From the sequence record LR756500.1: 64,000 nt of DNA, one strand, 5' to 3'. The notes under the pieces are model-generated. The model searched no databases, had not been told where the DNA came from, and was given only the letters and a program-made list of their open reading frames with translations. This document shows, in pieces, positions 36,501 to 46,800 of this stretch. The translations under genes were made by a program, and so were the position numbers. Within the stretch, counting starts at the first letter, position 1. Each line of letters begins with the position of its first letter.

Positions 36501-36782
36501 ATGAAAAATTACAAAAGAGCTCTAAGAAGAGATCAAAAAAGAACTAAGTATATTAAACGTTTAAAGATGTTTTATTTTAGTGATTCATGGTTAGTTAATT
36601 GTAAATCATGGACTGATGTTGAAAAAGAACATCCAGTAATAGCATATAAATTAAAAACAATGTCTACGACATGCAGTTGTGAAATGTGTGCTTATTTAAA
36701 ATATAATAGAACGGAATTTAAACATAAAACAAATAAATTATTAAATGAGTTTGAATACAATTACGAAAATTCAGTATTATGA
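36501..36782 (+). CDS. basic hypothetical protein (CSCEMC)
   Basis: AAGGAGG SD and a hairpin upstream. Confidence 0.7.
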   Translation: MKNYKRALRRDQKRTKYIKRLKMFYFSDSWLVNCKSWTDVEKEHPVIAYKLKTMSTTCSCEMCAYLKYNRTEFKHKTNKLLNEFEYNYENSVL

Positions 36783-36972
36783 TATAGTAACTAAATATAA
36801 AAATACTTATCATAATCCTATTAAAATTAAAGCTAATCCAAATGTTTCAGCAGAAGATATTATGAAATTTGCTTATAAAAATAAATTTATTAATGAAGAT
36901 GATTTTCATTTTAAAATCAAAATTAATCCTATCACTGAACACCAATATAAAAAATTAAGTATGACAAAATGA
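36745..36972 (+). CDS. hypothetical protein
   Basis: ORF track. Confidence 0.55.
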   Translation: MSLNTITKIQYYDIVTKYKNTYHNPIKIKANPNVSAEDIMKFAYKNKFINEDDFHFKIKINPITEHQYKKLSMTK

Positions 36973-37367
36973 AAAAAATTTTATTTATATTATTAACATT
37001 TTCATTTTCATTTATATATGCTCAAGATTATTATAATCCTGATCAAGCAGAAATTAATGATTTAAAAATGATTATAAAAACATATGAAAAGGAAAATTTA
37101 TCATTAAAAAATGATTGTAAAGATTTAAATGATAAATTTATTAAAACTATAGATTCTCTTACATTACAAAATATAGAAACAGTTAAAATGCTAACTAATT
37201 TAAAATTTGATTTAAAAGTCATTTATGCTGTAAATAAAGCCAAAATTAAATTTTTAGAAAACCAAATGAATCTTAGTCATGAATTTTCTATTCGACTTAT
37301 AGATATAGTTATGCTTGGATTTATTATTGTAATTTTTACATTATTACCAACATCTAAAAAGAATTAA
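36969..37367 (+). CDS. secreted/membrane coiled-coil protein
   Basis: Signal peptide plus C-terminal TM segment. Confidence 0.6.
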   Translation: MKKILFILLTFSFSFIYAQDYYNPDQAEINDLKMIIKTYEKENLSLKNDCKDLNDKFIKTIDSLTLQNIETVKMLTNLKFDLKVIYAVNKAKIKFLENQMNLSHEFSIRLIDIVMLGFIIVIFTLLPTSKKN

Positions 37368-37374
37368 ATTTTAA

Positions 37375-37423
37375 AATTACTTTAAATCTTATTTTTATTT
37401 TAAACCCTTTGTTATTATATTTA
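37375..37423 (+). repeat. 49-bp direct repeat copy 1 containing an early promoter
   Basis: Identical to 38037-38085. Confidence 0.85.
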
Positions 37424-37443
37424 TTTTAAATAATAATAATTAT

Positions 37444-38013
37444 ATGGAAACTTTAAGATTAAATAGATATTCAGTATGGTCAAAATATGTTAGAACATTT
37501 TGGGGAATTAAAGATGAATCCACATTATCTGATATATGCTCGTATCGAGCATATAGTATTTTACCTGCTATTTTATTACCATTTACTATAACATCTTATA
37601 TTATATGGGAATTATTTAGATATATTTTGGATGGAAAACATAGTTATAAAAATGATAATGGTTTAAATGTAATATGGTTAATTTTTGTACCATTTATTTT
37701 ATCATGTATATTAACGTTCGTTGAAAATAAAGATCATATAAGTCTTAATATGGTTTTAAATATTGATAAATTAACATTTTATATTTTAAGTTATTTTGCT
37801 TCTCCTATTATTGGAATTCTTATATTATTAATATTAATAGCATTTCTTGCAATGCTTATGGGAATATATAAGTTAGGTGAAATAATTATTGAAATAATTA
37901 AAGATCTTTTTAAATCAAAAAATGAAACAACTAAAGTGAAGAAACCTACATTATTAGGCGAATTTCATAAAAGTTTAAAAGAAAAATATTGTACAAAAAT
38001 AGAATGGTTTTAA
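37444..38013 (+). CDS. multi-TM membrane protein
   Basis: Three hydrophobic segments. Confidence 0.7.
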   Translation: METLRLNRYSVWSKYVRTFWGIKDESTLSDICSYRAYSILPAILLPFTITSYIIWELFRYILDGKHSYKNDNGLNVIWLIFVPFILSCILTFVENKDHISLNMVLNIDKLTFYILSYFASPIIGILILLILIAFLAMLMGIYKLGEIIIEIIKDLFKSKNETTKVKKPTLLGEFHKSLKEKYCTKIEWF

Positions 38014-38036
38014 GTAAGAAAATAATATCGATTATT

Positions 38037-38085
38037 AATTACTTTAAATCTTATTTTTATTTTAAACCCTTTGTTATTATATTTA
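38037..38085 (+). repeat. 49-bp direct repeat copy 2 containing an early promoter
   Basis: Identical to 37375-37423. Confidence 0.85.
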
Positions 38086-38110
38086 CCTATAATTATTAAA
38101 ATAAATTTTT

Positions 38111-38425
38111 ATGAAAAACTGGCCATTTACAGAAGAAATAGGGCAAGGTCCTAGAAGTATTATCAGACAAGATATTATGCAGTTACCAAATGTTAAAAAT
38201 TGTATGACAAAGGACGATACAATTACTATTGTAGATTCTTTTAATGTTAAACATCCAGATGAAAAACATTCTGTAAATATCCCGCTTGTTGAAGATATCA
38301 TTAAAAATTATTCTAAAGGTGCTGGGTTTGTTATTGAATCAATGACATCAAAAAGAGTTCAAATTAAAAATACCGATACTTATCATTTGATTTATACAAT
38401 ACACAATTTTGATAAAATAAAGTAA
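38111..38425 (+). CDS. hypothetical protein
   Basis: ORF track. Confidence 0.65.
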   Translation: MKNWPFTEEIGQGPRSIIRQDIMQLPNVKNCMTKDDTITIVDSFNVKHPDEKHSVNIPLVEDIIKNYSKGAGFVIESMTSKRVQIKNTDTYHLIYTIHNFDKIK

Positions 38426-38426
38426 A

Positions 38427-38990
38427 ATGAATTTTACCAATTTTAATAAAAGAATTTTTTCAAAATACCCTGGTATCAATTGGATTGGTACTAGTGGTAC
38501 ATTGAAAATTGATGAAAAGAGAATGGTAACTATTACTATAAATGATCCTGCAATTCATCAACATTATACTTCATATAAATGTGAAATTAAAAATATTTTA
38601 CTCGGTAATAGTATAGCATTTAAATCTTTTAATTTTAATGAACATTTAGTTATTGATGATAATAGAAAATCAGACAGTAATGGTATTAAATTAATTTCTT
38701 ATGTTAAAATTGATTGGTATAATGCTCCTAAAAATGAAACACAAATTGCTGATATTATTTTTAATTGGATTAATCAATATAAAATAGTTGAAGATAAAAA
38801 GAAATTTATTGTTTTAACTGATGAAGGAACTACAATGTCTCCTAATGGGAAAGATGTTGAAAATTTACAAGTTTTAGCAATATTAGAATCAAAAGATAAA
38901 GAATTAGCGGAACTTGAATTTAAGCATGATTATAAAAAAATGCTAAAAGACGGTAAATGGAAAAACTATAAAATTCACGAATTAATTTAA
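38427..38990 (+). CDS. hypothetical protein
   Basis: ORF track. Confidence 0.65.
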   Translation: MNFTNFNKRIFSKYPGINWIGTSGTLKIDEKRMVTITINDPAIHQHYTSYKCEIKNILLGNSIAFKSFNFNEHLVIDDNRKSDSNGIKLISYVKIDWYNAPKNETQIADIIFNWINQYKIVEDKKKFIVLTDEGTTMSPNGKDVENLQVLAILESKDKELAELEFKHDYKKMLKDGKWKNYKIHELI

Positions 38991-38992
38991 TT

Positions 38993-39718
38993 ATGTTAAT
39001 TGTATCTAATTTTCACGACTATTATGATACATCTATGGGAATCCATGGAATAGATAAAACTATTGTTTATAATAGAAAAACCGAAGAAATAAAAAAATTT
39101 CATATAGACTTAGAAAAAAAATTACCACATATTTCAAAAGGATATAGTATCCGTTTTAATAGTACTGTTACTAAAGATAAACCTAATATGATTCCTTACA
39201 TTATCGGGTTTTGTGGTAAATCTTATGTTGTATATAAAAAATCTTGGTATGAAGAATATCCCACTGAAAATTTTGAATTCATATATGATTATGAAGAAAT
39301 AAAAAAAATATTACTTAATAATAAAGAAAGATATGATTTAAATAAACATACAGAATTACAATTAGCTGAAGCCTATAAGTTTTATCATAATAAACCTTTA
39401 TTTAAAAATGTATTTTTAGAGTTAAAAACACCGATCTTTTCATATGAACTTCATAAACAATTTATAATAAATCCAAAACTTTTAGATTACCAATTTTTTA
39501 AAGTTTTTGATCCATTTACAACATTTCAAGAAATACAAATGTTTATAGGTGGTGTATTAACTAATCCCGAAAAAAATTATATTCAAATTGATGAAAAATA
39601 TCGTCAAGCACAAAGAGGTTTAGATAAAACATCTTTCAGACAACAAGCTCCAGGTAAAAAGAAAGAACAAAGAAAAATTAATAAAGAACGTAAACGTAAA
39701 ACTAATGAAAACAAATAA
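38993..39718 (+). CDS. conserved phage hypothetical protein
   Basis: FHDYYD..DPFTTFQEIQMFIGGVL..GLDKTSFR. Confidence 0.7.
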   Translation: MLIVSNFHDYYDTSMGIHGIDKTIVYNRKTEEIKKFHIDLEKKLPHISKGYSIRFNSTVTKDKPNMIPYIIGFCGKSYVVYKKSWYEEYPTENFEFIYDYEEIKKILLNNKERYDLNKHTELQLAEAYKFYHNKPLFKNVFLELKTPIFSYELHKQFIINPKLLDYQFFKVFDPFTTFQEIQMFIGGVLTNPEKNYIQIDEKYRQAQRGLDKTSFRQQAPGKKKEQRKINKERKRKTNENK

Positions 39719-40046
39719 ATTAGTACTCTTATATATTTCAATATCTTTACTATTTTCATGCGCTTCTAATAATACTACCGATAAAAAATATGAACCTGAA
39801 CCTGAATTTAAAAATAGTGAATATCCTATTATAAAGTGGGTATTAATATCTTCACAAAATAAAGGTTATCTTATAACTTTAGATGAAAATGAAAAATATT
39901 TTTTTATATGGCCTGAAGGACCTGTATTTAACTATAATACTGAAGAGGAAGTATCACCTCATAAATATTTAGAGTTATCTGATATGATACAAGACTTTAA
40001 AAATAAATCAAAAATAAAAGAAATTAAAAAACTTTATAATGATTAA
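39705..40046 (+). CDS. putative lipoprotein
   Basis: Lipobox LFSC. Confidence 0.55.
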   Translation: MKTNKLVLLYISISLLFSCASNNTTDKKYEPEPEFKNSEYPIIKWVLISSQNKGYLITLDENEKYFFIWPEGPVFNYNTEEEVSPHKYLELSDMIQDFKNKSKIKEIKKLYND

Positions 40047-40329
40047 AGTATATTTAAATTCAAATTTTATAATAGACTCTATTAATCAAAATTTAACTGG
40101 TGAGTTAACTCATGTAGCAAATATTGATATATTAGATTTGGAAAAAGCCTTTTATTTAACACAAAATTTAACAGATTCTTGGATTAAAAATAAAGAAATT
40201 GTTCCTGTTATTAATGAACTTCAAAGATCAATATCTGCTGGAGATGTATTTGAATATGCAGATACTTTTTATTTTATTGATATGATAAGATTTAAAGAAA
40301 TAGAAGTAGATAAATCTAAAATTAAATAA
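40039..40329 (+). CDS. hypothetical protein (RSISAGDV, YodL-like motif)
   Basis: LEKAFYLTQN..RSISAGDV. Confidence 0.55.
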   Translation: MIKVYLNSNFIIDSINQNLTGELTHVANIDILDLEKAFYLTQNLTDSWIKNKEIVPVINELQRSISAGDVFEYADTFYFIDMIRFKEIEVDKSKIK

Positions 40330-40330
40330 T

Positions 40331-40729
40331 ATGAATCGAAAAATTGATAAAGATATTTTCAAAAAAAATATTAGTGATAGTGCAAAAATTATAAGAACAT
40401 TAATTGAAAAAGCAATTAATTCTCACGAAATAACTATTGATGAACATGAAAAAATTACTCATTTAGCAACTGCTGATGGATTAATTGATAATCATGAAAA
40501 AGCATTACTTGCACAATTAAACGATTTAATTAATGATAAAACGATTAAATTTGTTAAAAGTAAAGAAGCTGTTTTAAAAGAAAAAACCTCTTTAACAAAA
40601 GATGAAATAAAAATTTTATTAAACGATGAGTTTATAATTTTTGAAAAGAAATGGCATGGTGTTATGAATGGTTCAGATCTACAAACTTTAGCGCAATTTA
40701 TTATGCAAATAAATGAAAAATTAAAATAA
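40331..40729 (+). CDS. hypothetical protein
   Basis: ORF track. Confidence 0.65.
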   Translation: MNRKIDKDIFKKNISDSAKIIRTLIEKAINSHEITIDEHEKITHLATADGLIDNHEKALLAQLNDLINDKTIKFVKSKEAVLKEKTSLTKDEIKILLNDEFIIFEKKWHGVMNGSDLQTLAQFIMQINEKLK

Positions 40730-41080
40730 TGGCTTGTTTAGAAGAAGGTACAGTTAGTGGAAAACCATTAACTAAAAAAGAAAGTATAGAACAATTAATA
40801 AGGTTATATGAATATAACTATAATTGTGCATGTCGCGATAATGATTCTATTAAAATAGAATATTATTCAGAACAATTAAAAAAACAAAAAGAAAAATTGA
40901 AATAATGGCTAAAAAAACAGCATCAAATAATTCAGTTATAAAATATTGTCCTTATTGTAAAAATCCATTACAAGACAATACTAAACTAGCGCAAGGAATA
41001 AAAGAATGCACTGTATGTGATGCAAGATTTTTAATTATAACAACTACAGTACCGAAAAAAGAAATAGAAAATAATGAATT

Positions 41081-41476
41081 ATGATAATTGAAGACTATAT
41101 TAAACAATTAATTAAAATTGAAGTTATAGAAAATTCTGACGATTTCGGTTATTATCCTTTTCATCTTTGGAGTGAAAATAAAGATGGTACTAATGATTTA
41201 AATTCATTATTATTAGGAGGAGATGTTTTAAGTTGTTATAAAAGATTTAAATCTTATATAGTTAAAAATGCAAAAACTATTTATATGTCAGTTGACTTTC
41301 CTGCTGTCGAAGATAATGCGAGAGATTTTGTTGCTGTATTTTCTTATGTTAATGGGGAAGTTAATTGTATAGCAATACCGTATAACATAAAAAATGGAGA
41401 AGTTTTTCCTATCATAAAAGAAGGAAAATTTATAAATCTAATTTTAAATCAATTAAATGCTGTTATAAATAATTGA
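41081..41476 (+). CDS. hypothetical protein
   Basis: ORF track. Confidence 0.65.
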   Translation: MIIEDYIKQLIKIEVIENSDDFGYYPFHLWSENKDGTNDLNSLLLGGDVLSCYKRFKSYIVKNAKTIYMSVDFPAVEDNARDFVAVFSYVNGEVNCIAIPYNIKNGEVFPIIKEGKFINLILNQLNAVINN

Positions 41477-41503
41477 ATTCATTAATTACGAATTACGAAT
41501 TAC

Positions 41504-41533
41504 GATATCTGTTCTTATTAAAGGCAGATATCG
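41504..41533 (+). terminator. hairpin, probable terminator
   Basis: cgatatctg / cagatatcg. Confidence 0.55.
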
Positions 41534-41804
41534 TTGTTTATACAAACTTTAAAATAGTATTGTAAAATTCTATTTAAAATATTTTTTTCTTAAAATATTT
41601 GTTAATATATTTATTTAATAATTAATATTAATACAATAACATGGTACATTCATATAAAAATTACAAATCTAGTTTAAAGATAAGTATTAAAAATAATAAA
41701 TCCAATACTTAATTAAAAACAATATTACCGATTTTTATATTAATATCTTTGTTATTAAATTTACCTATTAATTTAAAATATTTATTAACTTTAATTTTTT
41801 AATC

Positions 41805-42686
41805 ATGTCAAACAAAAACAAGCAAACTGGTGCAAAAAAGAATTTAAACGAAAATGATAATTCTGATGCCCAAACTGTTGCTACTGATGTAGTTAACAAT
41901 GTAGAAAACAAAGAAGAAGCTGTCGAAAATAACGAAGAAGTTGTTGTAGAAGATATGCAAATTCCTGAAATTCCTACTGCTGAAAAAGCAAAGAAAAGAA
42001 TTATTAAACCTTTAGTAAAAGGTATTGGTTTTAATGATTTTGGAACATGGTTCACTCGTCCACGAAAAGATGGTGATAAAGATGTTAATGGAAAAGATAT
42101 TCCAACAGACAGAGTATTTGTTCTTTCATTAGAGCCACATGACATCGCTAAAATGGATTTACCTGCAGCTCCACTTATTTATGATCCAGCAGGAAAAGAT
42201 GATTCCGGTAATGCTATTTTAATTGCTTACAAAGTTCCTCAATTCAGAAATTCTGAAGGTGGTGTAGCGTTCAAAAATGCTGAAAACAAAACAGAAACTC
42301 ATCATCAGTATAAACAAATTACTACTTTAGTAGAAGATTTGAACGAAACTACTGAAGTAAGAAGAGGCTGGGTTGGTTATACTAAACTTCCACTTTCTCA
42401 AACTGATTTGGAAACTATCGCAAAAGAAAAAGAAGTTAAAGAAGCAGCAGCTAAAAAGAAAGCTGAAGAAGCAGCAGCCAAAAAAGTAGAAAGAGAAGCA
42501 GCAGCTAAAAAGAAAGCCGAAGAAGCAGCAGCTAAAAAGGAAGAAGCCGATAAAAAAGCAGCAGTAGATGCAATTAACAAAGCTCAAGCTGCAACACAAA
42601 CTGAAGGTCAGAGTGTTGAAAATCCTGAAGTAGCTATTGATGGTGCTCCAGCAAAAGTAAAGAAAAATCAAGAAGCAACTGTATAG
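41805..42686 (+). CDS. hypothetical protein with EAAAKKKAE repeats
   Basis: Ala/Lys/Glu helical repeats at 42420-42580; own terminator. Confidence 0.75.
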   Translation: MSNKNKQTGAKKNLNENDNSDAQTVATDVVNNVENKEEAVENNEEVVVEDMQIPEIPTAEKAKKRIIKPLVKGIGFNDFGTWFTRPRKDGDKDVNGKDIPTDRVFVLSLEPHDIAKMDLPAAPLIYDPAGKDDSGNAILIAYKVPQFRNSEGGVAFKNAENKTETHHQYKQITTLVEDLNETTEVRRGWVGYTKLPLSQTDLETIAKEKEVKEAAAKKKAEEAAAKKVEREAAAKKKAEEAAAKKEEADKKAAVDAINKAQAATQTEGQSVENPEVAIDGAPAKVKKNQEATV

Positions 42687-42703
42687 TTACTTTTTAAAAT
42701 TTT

Positions 42704-42734
42704 AAAAGAGGAATATTAATATTCCTCTTTTTTT
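42704..42734 (+). terminator. intrinsic terminator
   Basis: aaaagaggaata / tattcctctttt plus T tract. Confidence 0.85.
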
Positions 42735-42906
42735 GTTTACATTTTGGACCAGTCTTTTCAATTAAAATAATTAAATTTTACCGGTAAAACTTATTAACAT
42801 TTACAAAAAATTAATGTTAATAAATTTATTTTTTGCATTAAATATTTGTTATTATTTTTATATTAATAAAATTAAATAATACAATAAACTAAAAAATTAC
42901 AAAGCT

Positions 42907-43740
42907 ATGGATTTAAGTTATGACCGCAGAATTTTACTAAATTATTCGAAAGAAATAGAAAAAAGATTATTAACACAAGCAGAGGAAATTGAATGCTCAT
43001 ACATTATTCAAAATTCTCAACCTTGTGATCCAAGAAGAATTAGTGCTATTCAAAAACTCGTAAAACATAATTTACGATATGGATTATCAGTTGCAAAACA
43101 ATATCAGAATCAGGGACTCCCCTTACCTGATTTAATTAATGAAGCAAGTATTGGATTAATCAAAGCAGCTGAACGATTTGATTATAGTACACATAAAACT
43201 AAATTTATAACATGTGCTGTTTCATGGATAAAACAATGCATCAAAGATGCACTATGTGAACACGCAAGAACTGTAAGATTACCTAGACAGATTCATAATT
43301 ATAAAAATGAATTTGAAAAACTTAAAAATAAACAAATAGCTGCAAATGGAGTTTATGATATTGAAACAATTGCAGAAGAAATGATTGTACCAAAAAGAAT
43401 AGTACATGATTTAGAAAAAATAACTCAATTTGGTGTATCATTAGATGAACCTGTAATGGGAGAAGATGATGGACAAAGAACAAGATTAGATACTTATATT
43501 CCCGAATCTGAAAAAAATAATGATGAAAATGAAGATATCAAAAGAAAAATAAAATATGGATTGTCATTTTTAAAAGAAAGAGATCAAAATATTATGAAAG
43601 ATGCATATGGTATAGATAGAGAATATGCATTAAGTATTGAAGATGTCGCAATAAAACATGATTTAACTGAAGTAATGATTAGAAAAATAATGAGAGATTC
43701 ATTAGATATGTTAAAATATCTTATTAATAAGAAAAAATAA
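42907..43740 (+). CDS. RNA polymerase sigma-70 family factor (RpoD/SigA-like, group 1/2)
   Basis: NLRYGLSVAKQYQNQGLPLPDLINEASIGLIKAAERFD, KFITCAVSWIKQ, RTVRLP, region-4 HTH. Confidence 0.92.
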   Translation: MDLSYDRRILLNYSKEIEKRLLTQAEEIECSYIIQNSQPCDPRRISAIQKLVKHNLRYGLSVAKQYQNQGLPLPDLINEASIGLIKAAERFDYSTHKTKFITCAVSWIKQCIKDALCEHARTVRLPRQIHNYKNEFEKLKNKQIAANGVYDIETIAEEMIVPKRIVHDLEKITQFGVSLDEPVMGEDDGQRTRLDTYIPESEKNNDENEDIKRKIKYGLSFLKERDQNIMKDAYGIDREYALSIEDVAIKHDLTEVMIRKIMRDSLDMLKYLINKKK

Positions 43741-43817
43741 TCTTTTTTAAGTAAGAATAAATAATTTTATCTTATAAATATTTGTTATTATTTTTATATT
43801 AAATAAAAAATTAATCT

Positions 43818-44015
43818 ATGTTTCCTACTAATTTTAAAAACAAAAAGATATCAATAATATTTAAAATATTATTTTTTATTTCTATATTTGTAACTATAAG
43901 TTATAGAATCATAATGCCTGAATTTATAATAATATCAAATGATATCTATTTATGGTTATTTTGTTTAACTTCAATAACATTATTTTTTATAACATACTCA
44001 TTTAAAACAAATTAA
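43818..44015 (+). CDS. small two-TM protein
   Basis: Hydrophobic ORF. Confidence 0.5.
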   Translation: MFPTNFKNKKISIIFKILFFISIFVTISYRIIMPEFIIISNDIYLWLFCLTSITLFFITYSFKTN

Positions 44016-44062
44016 TACGAAAATAACACTTAATCAATTTATAAATTTAAAACAATTTAATT

Positions 44063-44278
44063 ATGAAAAGAACATTTATTTATTTAGTAGCTATTTTAAT
44101 GATAGCAGGTTGCTGCAACCCAAATGAAGCAAATTCACCATGTACTCCTGGTGATACAATACAAGTTTCTAATAGTGAATCTGAAAACTTAGATGAAACT
44201 ATTAAAGAAGGTGAATCTGAAAATATCGATTCAGTAAGTAATGATGGCTATGCAGCCGATGAAAAATATTCAGAATGA
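44063..44278 (+). CDS. small lipoprotein
   Basis: Lipobox IAGC. Confidence 0.6.
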   Translation: MKRTFIYLVAILMIAGCCNPNEANSPCTPGDTIQVSNSESENLDETIKEGESENIDSVSNDGYAADEKYSE

Positions 44279-44490
44279 AAAATATTTGGACAATATTAAT
44301 AATAGGAGCATATATTATATATGTTACATCAGCATTTTCATCTACTGCATCATTACCAGTATCTTCACCTGTTAAAATTGTATCAAGTATTGATTTTACA
44401 GTTTATAAGATAATAGATGGTTCAAATGTAGTCTATATTACTTGTTCAACTTCAGATAATATTAATGTATCAATGGCTGTTGTTAAATAA
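44275..44490 (+). CDS. small secreted protein
   Basis: Signal peptide. Confidence 0.6.
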   Translation: MKNIWTILIIGAYIIYVTSAFSSTASLPVSSPVKIVSSIDFTVYKIIDGSNVVYITCSTSDNINVSMAVVK

Positions 44491-44497
44491 TTACATT

Positions 44498-44529
44498 AAA
44501 AAGAATCATAAATTTATGGTTCTTTTTTT
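44498..44529 (+). terminator. intrinsic terminator
   Basis: aaagaatcataaa / tttatggttcttt plus T tract. Confidence 0.7.
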
Positions 44530-44602
44530 GTCTGTAATTTTTTATAATCAAAATTATTTTGATAACAGGATATTTTTATAATAGGGATATTAAAAATTTA
44601 AT

Positions 44603-44629
44603 CCCTTTGTATATTCCGGTAATACTTGG
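44603..44629. repeat. 27-bp dispersed intergenic repeat copy 1
   Basis: ccctttgtatattccggtaatacttgg; also at 55230-55256. Confidence 0.85.
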
Positions 44630-45182
44630 TATACGCGATATTCAGGATAATAATACCTTATATCCAATAATTACATTAACCCTAGTTAAATATTGTATAA
44701 AAATACTTTAGATAAAAATTTTTATTTTTAAACCTTTGTTATTAAATTTATAAAATTAAAAATTATAAAATAGTTCATTGAAATGAAACATTTGTGATCC
44801 TAACGGTTGGTATTTTAATATAATAAGTATTAAAATATGATACAATATGAAAATATTGGACAGTGCGAAACTGAATGAGTTAGGCAATATAAACATCAAA
44901 TTGATTTTGCTGTGGATGAATATTGAAGCTGTTGACTGTCATGAAAAGATAAATGATAAAAATTGCTTACACACCTAATTGTAATATTGGGTATGATTTT
45001 TAATTTTTAATAATTATCGCTAAAGTGTAAATGTTCCATATACTATGTATTAAGGTCGTTTAGCGATAGTTATTTTTATTAATTTTGAAATTTTATTATG
45101 AAAAATTTGAAGAATTATCAGAAGCTGAGAAGGAATTAAGAAGTTTAATATATGCACTTTATTTGAAATAAAATACAAAAAT

Positions 45183-45704
45183 ATGGAAAAATTAAAAGAT
45201 CTGGAAAAATTAAAAGATTTTATAACAGAAGATGATTTGAATAAATTTAAAGAAGGTGTAATTGAAACAGCAAGAGAAAATCTTAGAAGAGATAAACAAT
45301 TATTACCTATTATTCATTTTTTATTCATTAAAGATAATAAATTAGCAGTTGCATTAATGCCAGTAAATGATTTTATGATTAATGATCAAACAAAAGATAT
45401 AATGGTTCACTTAGTTAAAAAAACTATTGATGAATTTAATGTATTTGCATTAATTATGATACAAGAAGCATGGCTCAGTTCTATTAATATTAATGAAAAA
45501 GATACATATCAAGGAAGGCCTTCAGAAGATCCAAATCGTAAAGAAGTAATGTTTGTAAGTTTTGAAACCAAATTTAAATGTGAAGTTACATCTCAAGAAT
45601 TTATAAAAGCTAATGATGAAATAGTATTTGGTGAATTAATTTCTTCAACACAATCAACTGGAAGATTTTCAAATATGCTAAAACAAAATCCTGGATTAAA
45701 TTAA
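45183..45704 (+). CDS. hypothetical protein
   Basis: ORF track; EAW..RPSEDPNRKE motif. Confidence 0.7.
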   Translation: MEKLKDLEKLKDFITEDDLNKFKEGVIETARENLRRDKQLLPIIHFLFIKDNKLAVALMPVNDFMINDQTKDIMVHLVKKTIDEFNVFALIMIQEAWLSSININEKDTYQGRPSEDPNRKEVMFVSFETKFKCEVTSQEFIKANDEIVFGELISSTQSTGRFSNMLKQNPGLN

Positions 45705-45730
45705 ATACTTTAAAATTTATTTTTATCTTT

Positions 45731-45751
45731 GGCCTTTTGTTATTATATTTA
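45731..45751 (+). promoter_or_regulatory. candidate early promoter
   Basis: ggccttTTGTTATTATATTTA. Confidence 0.6.
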
Positions 45752-45780
45752 TTTAATTAAATTTAAAATTAATTCTAAAC

Positions 45781-46719
45781 ATGCCAAAGATATTAATGAA
45801 TTTGGAACAAGCTTTAGATGTATTTAAACATATAATAGCAATAACTGGAGATCAAAATTTTCATTTAGCAGGATCAGCAAGAAGAGGTAAAAAAGAAAAT
45901 TTAAAAGATTTAGATATAATCTATTTAGGAGATGAAATTCCTGATATAGAAAATGCTATTTATGTTGCAGATGGACCATCATTAAAAAGAATTAAATTAA
46001 GATATGAATTTTCAAAAGGAATATTTGATTATGTTTCTATGGATATTCATATTGCGAATAAATTAAATTTCGGTTCTACTCTTTTATATTTTACAGGTTC
46101 TCGGGAATTTAATATTAATATGAGAAAAAATGCTATGTCTAAAGGATGGAAACTCAATAGACATGGATTGTTTAATCAAAATAATGAATTAATAGCGGCT
46201 GAAAATGAAATAGATATTTTTTCAGCATTAGAAATTCCTTTTGTTAATCCTGTAGATAGAACAATATTTAAATCTGAACAAGATGAAGAAAATCAAAAAT
46301 TAATAAATACTATACGTCAATTAGCAATATTTCATGCTATTGAAGGTGATCATTATCGATCATCAGCATATTTTAAAGCATCTTCATCATTACAAGAAAT
46401 TGGTAATATCAAAAAATCAAAAGAAAATAACGAACTTATTTGTATAGATAATGTTGGAAATTCAATAGCAGCTAAAATCATCGAATTTTTTGATACGGGT
46501 AAAATACATAAATTAGAAAAATTAAAAGAAACATATCCAGTTGATGTAGAAGGATTATTAAGTTTAGAAGGAGTTGGATACAAAAGCTTATTTAAATTTT
46601 ATAAATTATTAGGAATAGAAACACTTGATGATTTAAAGAAAGCATGTAAAGAAAATAAAATAGCAAATCTTCAAGGATTTGGATTATCATCTCAAGAAAA
46701 AATATTAAATCAACTATGA
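45781..46719 (+). CDS. domain-permuted DNA polymerase X (palm-thumb followed by lyase/HhH fingers)
   Basis: GSARR..KDLD, MDI, YFTGS, KLNRHGL; then AYFKAS..NVGNSIAAKIIEF..GVG..GFG. Confidence 0.85.
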   Translation: MPKILMNLEQALDVFKHIIAITGDQNFHLAGSARRGKKENLKDLDIIYLGDEIPDIENAIYVADGPSLKRIKLRYEFSKGIFDYVSMDIHIANKLNFGSTLLYFTGSREFNINMRKNAMSKGWKLNRHGLFNQNNELIAAENEIDIFSALEIPFVNPVDRTIFKSEQDEENQKLINTIRQLAIFHAIEGDHYRSSAYFKASSSLQEIGNIKKSKENNELICIDNVGNSIAAKIIEFFDTGKIHKLEKLKETYPVDVEGLLSLEGVGYKSLFKFYKLLGIETLDDLKKACKENKIANLQGFGLSSQEKILNQL

Positions 46720-46800
46720 CAGAATTTGAAATTATATTAAAACTTTTAGTTGTAATTGCGATTGTATTATGTTTAAGATTAAAAATTAAAAAATCTACAA

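Noticed and set aside
41805-42686. TolA homolog
   Set aside because: Only low-complexity EAAAK repeats are similar; there is no N-terminal TM segment or TolA C-terminal domain.
44799-44885. Solitary attC-like site (tcctaacgg..gttaggc)
   Set aside because: The core boxes are present but the inner arms do not pair and there is no complementary partner; at best a remnant.
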